A DNA stretch of 64,000 nucleotides from positions 7,481-71,480 of the forward strand of contig CACXFT010000104.1 of assembly GCA_902767045.1 (NCBI GenBank). Direction: 5' to 3'. Source of the DNA: an uncultured Prevotellaceae bacterium. GTDB lineage: Bacteria; Bacteroidota; Bacteroidia; Bacteroidales; Bacteroidaceae. Positions 61,259 to 64,000 of the stretch are shown piece after piece. The translations under genes and the position numbers were made by a program. The notes beneath the pieces were generated by a model. That model was not told where the DNA came from. It ran no database searches and saw nothing but the letters and a program-made list of their open reading frames with translations. The stretch's first letter is position 1, and each line of letters begins with the position of its first letter.

Positions 61259-62098
61259 ATGATTAATTTTCCTTGTGCAAAAATCAATCTCGGACTGAAT
61301 ATCGTTGGCCAGCGAGCCGACGGTTACCACGATTTGGAAACCGTTTTCTACCCTATCCCGCTCACCGATGCGCTGGAGATTAAACTGATGGACGACGCTT
61401 TCCCCTCGGAGTATAATTGCGACCTGAAGGTTACGGGAACTCAGGTGCTTGGTTCTGAGCAAGACAATTTGGTGGTGAAAGCCTACAACCTGATAGCCCA
61501 AGACTTTCAGATTCCCCGCATACACATCCACTTGCATAAGCGCATACCCTCTCAGGCAGGCTTAGGCGGCGGGTCGAGCGATGCTGCCTACATGATCAGG
61601 CTGCTCGATGAGCGTTTCCGCCTGAACATCGGCAATGCCGAAATGGAGCGCTATGCAGCACGCCTTGGTGCCGACTGTGCCTTTTTCATCACCTCTGAAC
61701 CATCGTTTGCAACCGGCATAGGCGATGTGCTCTCTCCCGCAGACGGTCCCAAGGGCAATTTAAATGGTTATTATATCACCATTGTAAAACCCGACATAGC
61801 CGTTTCAACCAAAGAAGCCTACCAGCTGATTGTGCCCCGGAAGCCGGCGAAATCGTGCCGTGAAATAGTGAAACAACCCATTGAAACATGGCGCAAAGAA
61901 TTGGTGAACGATTTTGAGCAACCCGTATTTCAACGCCATCCGCAGCTGAAAGATATCAAAGAGCACCTTTATGCCTGCGGAGCGCTCTATGCCCAGATGA
62001 GTGGCAGTGGCAGTGCCGTGTTCGGCATCTTTCATGAAATGCCGCACGATATGAGCGCCATTTTCCGCAATATGTTCACAACCACCATGAAGCTGTAG
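61259..62098 (+). CDS. ispE: 4-diphosphocytidyl-2-C-methyl-D-erythritol kinase
   Basis: AKINLGL, DGYHDLETVF, AGLGGGSSDAA, MSGSGS. Confidence 0.97.
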   Translation: MINFPCAKINLGLNIVGQRADGYHDLETVFYPIPLTDALEIKLMDDAFPSEYNCDLKVTGTQVLGSEQDNLVVKAYNLIAQDFQIPRIHIHLHKRIPSQAGLGGGSSDAAYMIRLLDERFRLNIGNAEMERYAARLGADCAFFITSEPSFATGIGDVLSPADGPKGNLNGYYITIVKPDIAVSTKEAYQLIVPRKPAKSCREIVKQPIETWRKELVNDFEQPVFQRHPQLKDIKEHLYACGALYAQMSGSGSAVFGIFHEMPHDMSAIFRNMFTTTMKL

Positions 62099-62115
62099 CA
62101 CTGCGCTGCACTGCG

Positions 62116-62147
62116 CTAAATGGTAAATGATAAATGAAAAATGAGAT
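62116..62147. repeat. Four 7-bp WAAATGN units
   Basis: ctaaatggtaaatgataaatgaaaaatgagat; 28/32 identical to 21433-21464. Confidence 0.7.
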
Positions 62148-62162
62148 TTTCCAAGCGTATAC

Positions 62163-62240
62163 CCCCCTGCTTTCATCAAGCAGGGGGTGCAACAACAAAA
62201 AACGAGGAATCATCCTTTGAAAGGATAATTCCTCGTTTTT
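62163..62240. terminator. Two hairpins between convergent ispE and the rpmB operon
   Basis: ccccctgctt/aagcaggggg and aaaaacgaggaat..attcctcgttttt. Confidence 0.8.
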
Positions 62241-62269
62241 AATATATCATCTAATACAGACGTATCAAA

Positions 62270-62428
62270 TTAATTCTTAAAGAAATCTTTCACAGCCTCG
62301 TTGGGCACCATTTGCTCATCAAAGATGTAAGCACCGGTCTTGGGGCTCTTCACCATCTTGATTACTTTTGTGTATGCGCGACCATCCTTTGAGCCTTCGT
62401 GGAGGGTAGCAACGGTTTTCTTTGCCAT
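62270..62428 (-). CDS. 52-aa DUF4295-like protein (not in ORF track)
   Basis: MAKKTVATL...KVIKMVKSPKTGAY.F; usual Bacteroidetes position after rpmG. Confidence 0.88.
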   Translation of the reverse strand: MAKKTVATLHEGSKDGRAYTKVIKMVKSPKTGAYIFDEQMVPNEAVKDFFKN

Positions 62429-62462
62429 ATCTCTTTATTCTTATTGTTTGGTTCAAGAAATA

Positions 62463-62654
62463 TTACTTAATCTCTTTATGAACAGTCATGCGCTTCAAAA
62501 TGGGGTTGTATTTCTTCAGCTCCATGCGCTCGGGAGTGTTCTTGCGGTTCTTGGTCGTTACATAGCGACTTGTTCCGGGCAGACCACTATTTTTCATTTC
62601 TGTGCATTCGAGGATAACCTGAACTCTATTGCCTTTTGCTTTCTTGGATGCCAT
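62463..62654 (-). CDS. rpmG: 50S ribosomal protein L33
   Basis: [10 protein letters not shown]...[20 protein letters not shown]. Confidence 0.97.
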   Translation of the reverse strand: MASKKAKGNRVQVILECTEMKNSGLPGTSRYVTTKNRKNTPERMELKKYNPILKRMTVHKEIK

Positions 62655-62659
62655 AATGA

Positions 62660-62923
62660 TTATTCTCCTATAACTTTAATGTCTTTCCAGTCTACATACC
62701 CTTTCGAAACAGCCTGTTTCAGAGCTGCATCAAGGCCAACTTTGTTAATGAGACGAAGACCAGAAGCACTGATCTTGAGGCTAATCCAGCATTGTTCTTC
62801 AACATAGAAGAACTTCTTGCTGAACAGATTAACATCAAAGCTTCTCTTTGTGCGATGCTTTGAGTGAGACACATAATTGCCTATTTGTGCCTTCTTTCCC
62901 GTAATCTGACAAATTTTCGACAT
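62660..62923 (-). CDS. rpmB: 50S ribosomal protein L28
   Basis: [10 protein letters not shown]....GN.VSHS..RTKR.F..NL. Confidence 0.97.
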   Translation of the reverse strand: MSKICQITGKKAQIGNYVSHSKHRTKRSFDVNLFSKKFFYVEEQCWISLKISASGLRLINKVGLDAALKQAVSKGYVDWKDIKVIGE

Positions 62924-63052
62924 TGCTATCTAAAATTTTTTTAATCGTTTTTTGATACTTATTCCAAACAGGGTGCAAAATTACAATTATTTCTTGAATA
63001 CACAAAAGAAACGAGCAAAGAATGAGCAGAATTAAGTTTTTTTTTGTTTTTT

Positions 63053-63559
63053 CTACTCTTCTTGCTGTGAATTTTGCTCTTTCAGGTATTCAAGAAAGAG
63101 TTTGAGCACTCTGTTTGTTGCCTTGAGCAGGTTCACATCGCGCCCCTCGTCTTCTGTCTGGCAGCTGGTGCGTATGTCGTCTTTGCTTCCATAAGCCAGC
63201 CAGATGGTGCCCACGGGGGTTTGAGGGGTGCCGCCACCCGGGCCGGCCACTCCCGTGGCTGCAATGGCATAGTCTACGTTGAGCACGTCGCAGGCTCCCT
63301 TCACCATTTCAATAGCCACTTCTTCGCTCACGGCGGTTTTCTCTTTCAGTGTCTGTTTGGAAACATGCAGCACTTTTTCTTTGATTTCATCGGTATACGA
63401 GATGATGCCGCCTTTGAAATAGTTCGAAGAACCCGGCACGGCAATAATGGCTTCGGCAATGCGCCCGCCGGTGCAACTCTCGGCTGTTCCGAGGGTTGCT
63501 CCGTTGTCGTAGAGAAATTGCTGAATCTCTCGGCTCAAAATCTTACTTTCTAATCCCAT
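63053..63559 (-). CDS. CinA C-terminal domain protein (NMN deamidase)
   Basis: TAESCTGG, GSS.YF.GG, TGVAGP.GG, PVGT. Confidence 0.92.
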   Translation of the reverse strand: MGLESKILSREIQQFLYDNGATLGTAESCTGGRIAEAIIAVPGSSNYFKGGIISYTDEIKEKVLHVSKQTLKEKTAVSEEVAIEMVKGACDVLNVDYAIAATGVAGPGGGTPQTPVGTIWLAYGSKDDIRTSCQTEDEGRDVNLLKATNRVLKLFLEYLKEQNSQQEE

Positions 63560-63598
63560 ATTGTTGTTGTTTTAAATGAATTCTCTTTATCGGTAGTT

Positions 63599-64000
63599 TC
63601 AAGAAAAAGTTATCTTCGAGAAGGCCGGCTCGTCGATTGAGCAGAAGTCCTTGTCGAGATATTTGTAGTAGCCGGTAATGCCAATCATGGCGGCGTTGTC
63701 GGTGGTGTAGCTGAACTTGGGAATGTAGATGTGCCACCCATATCGCCGGGCATGTTCGTGGAAAGCGTTGCGCAGTCCGTTGTTGGCCGACACGCCTCCT
63801 GCCACGGCCACATGGTTGATGCCGGTTTCTTTCACCGCTATGCGGAGTTTCTTCATCAGTATGTCTACGATGGTAAACTCCAAGCTGGCAGCAAGGTCTT
63901 CTTTGTGGTGTTCAATGAAGTCAGGGTCGTCGGCAATCCATTTCCGCAGATTATACAGGAAAGAGGTTTTCAATCCTGAAAAGCTATAGTTCAATCCTGG
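63599..64000 (-). CDS. tsaD: tRNA threonylcarbamoyltransferase TsaD, 3' part
   Basis: YSFSGLKT, AGGVSAN..LR, TDNAAMI. Confidence 0.95.
   Translation of the reverse strand, partial: PGLNYSFSGLKTSFLYNLRKWIADDPDFIEHHKEDLAASLEFTIVDILMKKLRIAVKETGINHVAVAGGVSANNGLRNAFHEHARRYGWHIYIPKFSYTTDNAAMIGITGYYKYLDKDFCSIDEPAFSKITFS

Overview
Window from a Bacteroidales genome, most likely Prevotellaceae (TAnnTTTG/-33 TTTG promoters, fused lpxC-fabZ, glmS-purF-carA-carB order, Prevotella-style YDLQGR..GVYI..KK C-termini). Most of it is housekeeping: glmS, purF, carAB, rlmH, phosphomutase, phoH, purC, menG, aroE, lemA, purM, prfA, pyrF, lpxD-lpxC/fabZ-lpxA-miaA, a carboxyltransferase module, kdsC, maf, hisS, purA, fur, leuACD-cimA-leuB, dnaB, ispE, rpmB/rpmG, cinA, tsaD. 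The accessory part is an AT-richer block of about 13.5 kb (8.85-22.4 kb) just after tRNA-Cys. It carries a ParE/RelE-like toxin-antitoxin-like pair and a 105-bp palindromic element that recurs at 59.4 kb. After a long structured leader comes an operon of three secreted proteins (907, 2512 and 398 aa) with interlocking dockerin and cohesin-like modules and no recognisable catalytic domain, then an unannotated 59-aa peptide. This candidate non-cellulosomal, probably T9SS-linked cohesin-dockerin surface complex is the best candidate for an undescribed system. Also seen: an orphan promoter-terminator unit (candidate ~95-nt sRNA) at 28.5 kb, and several intergenic arrays with an exact 22-bp period. 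Product calls come from motif recognition by eye; no searches were run.
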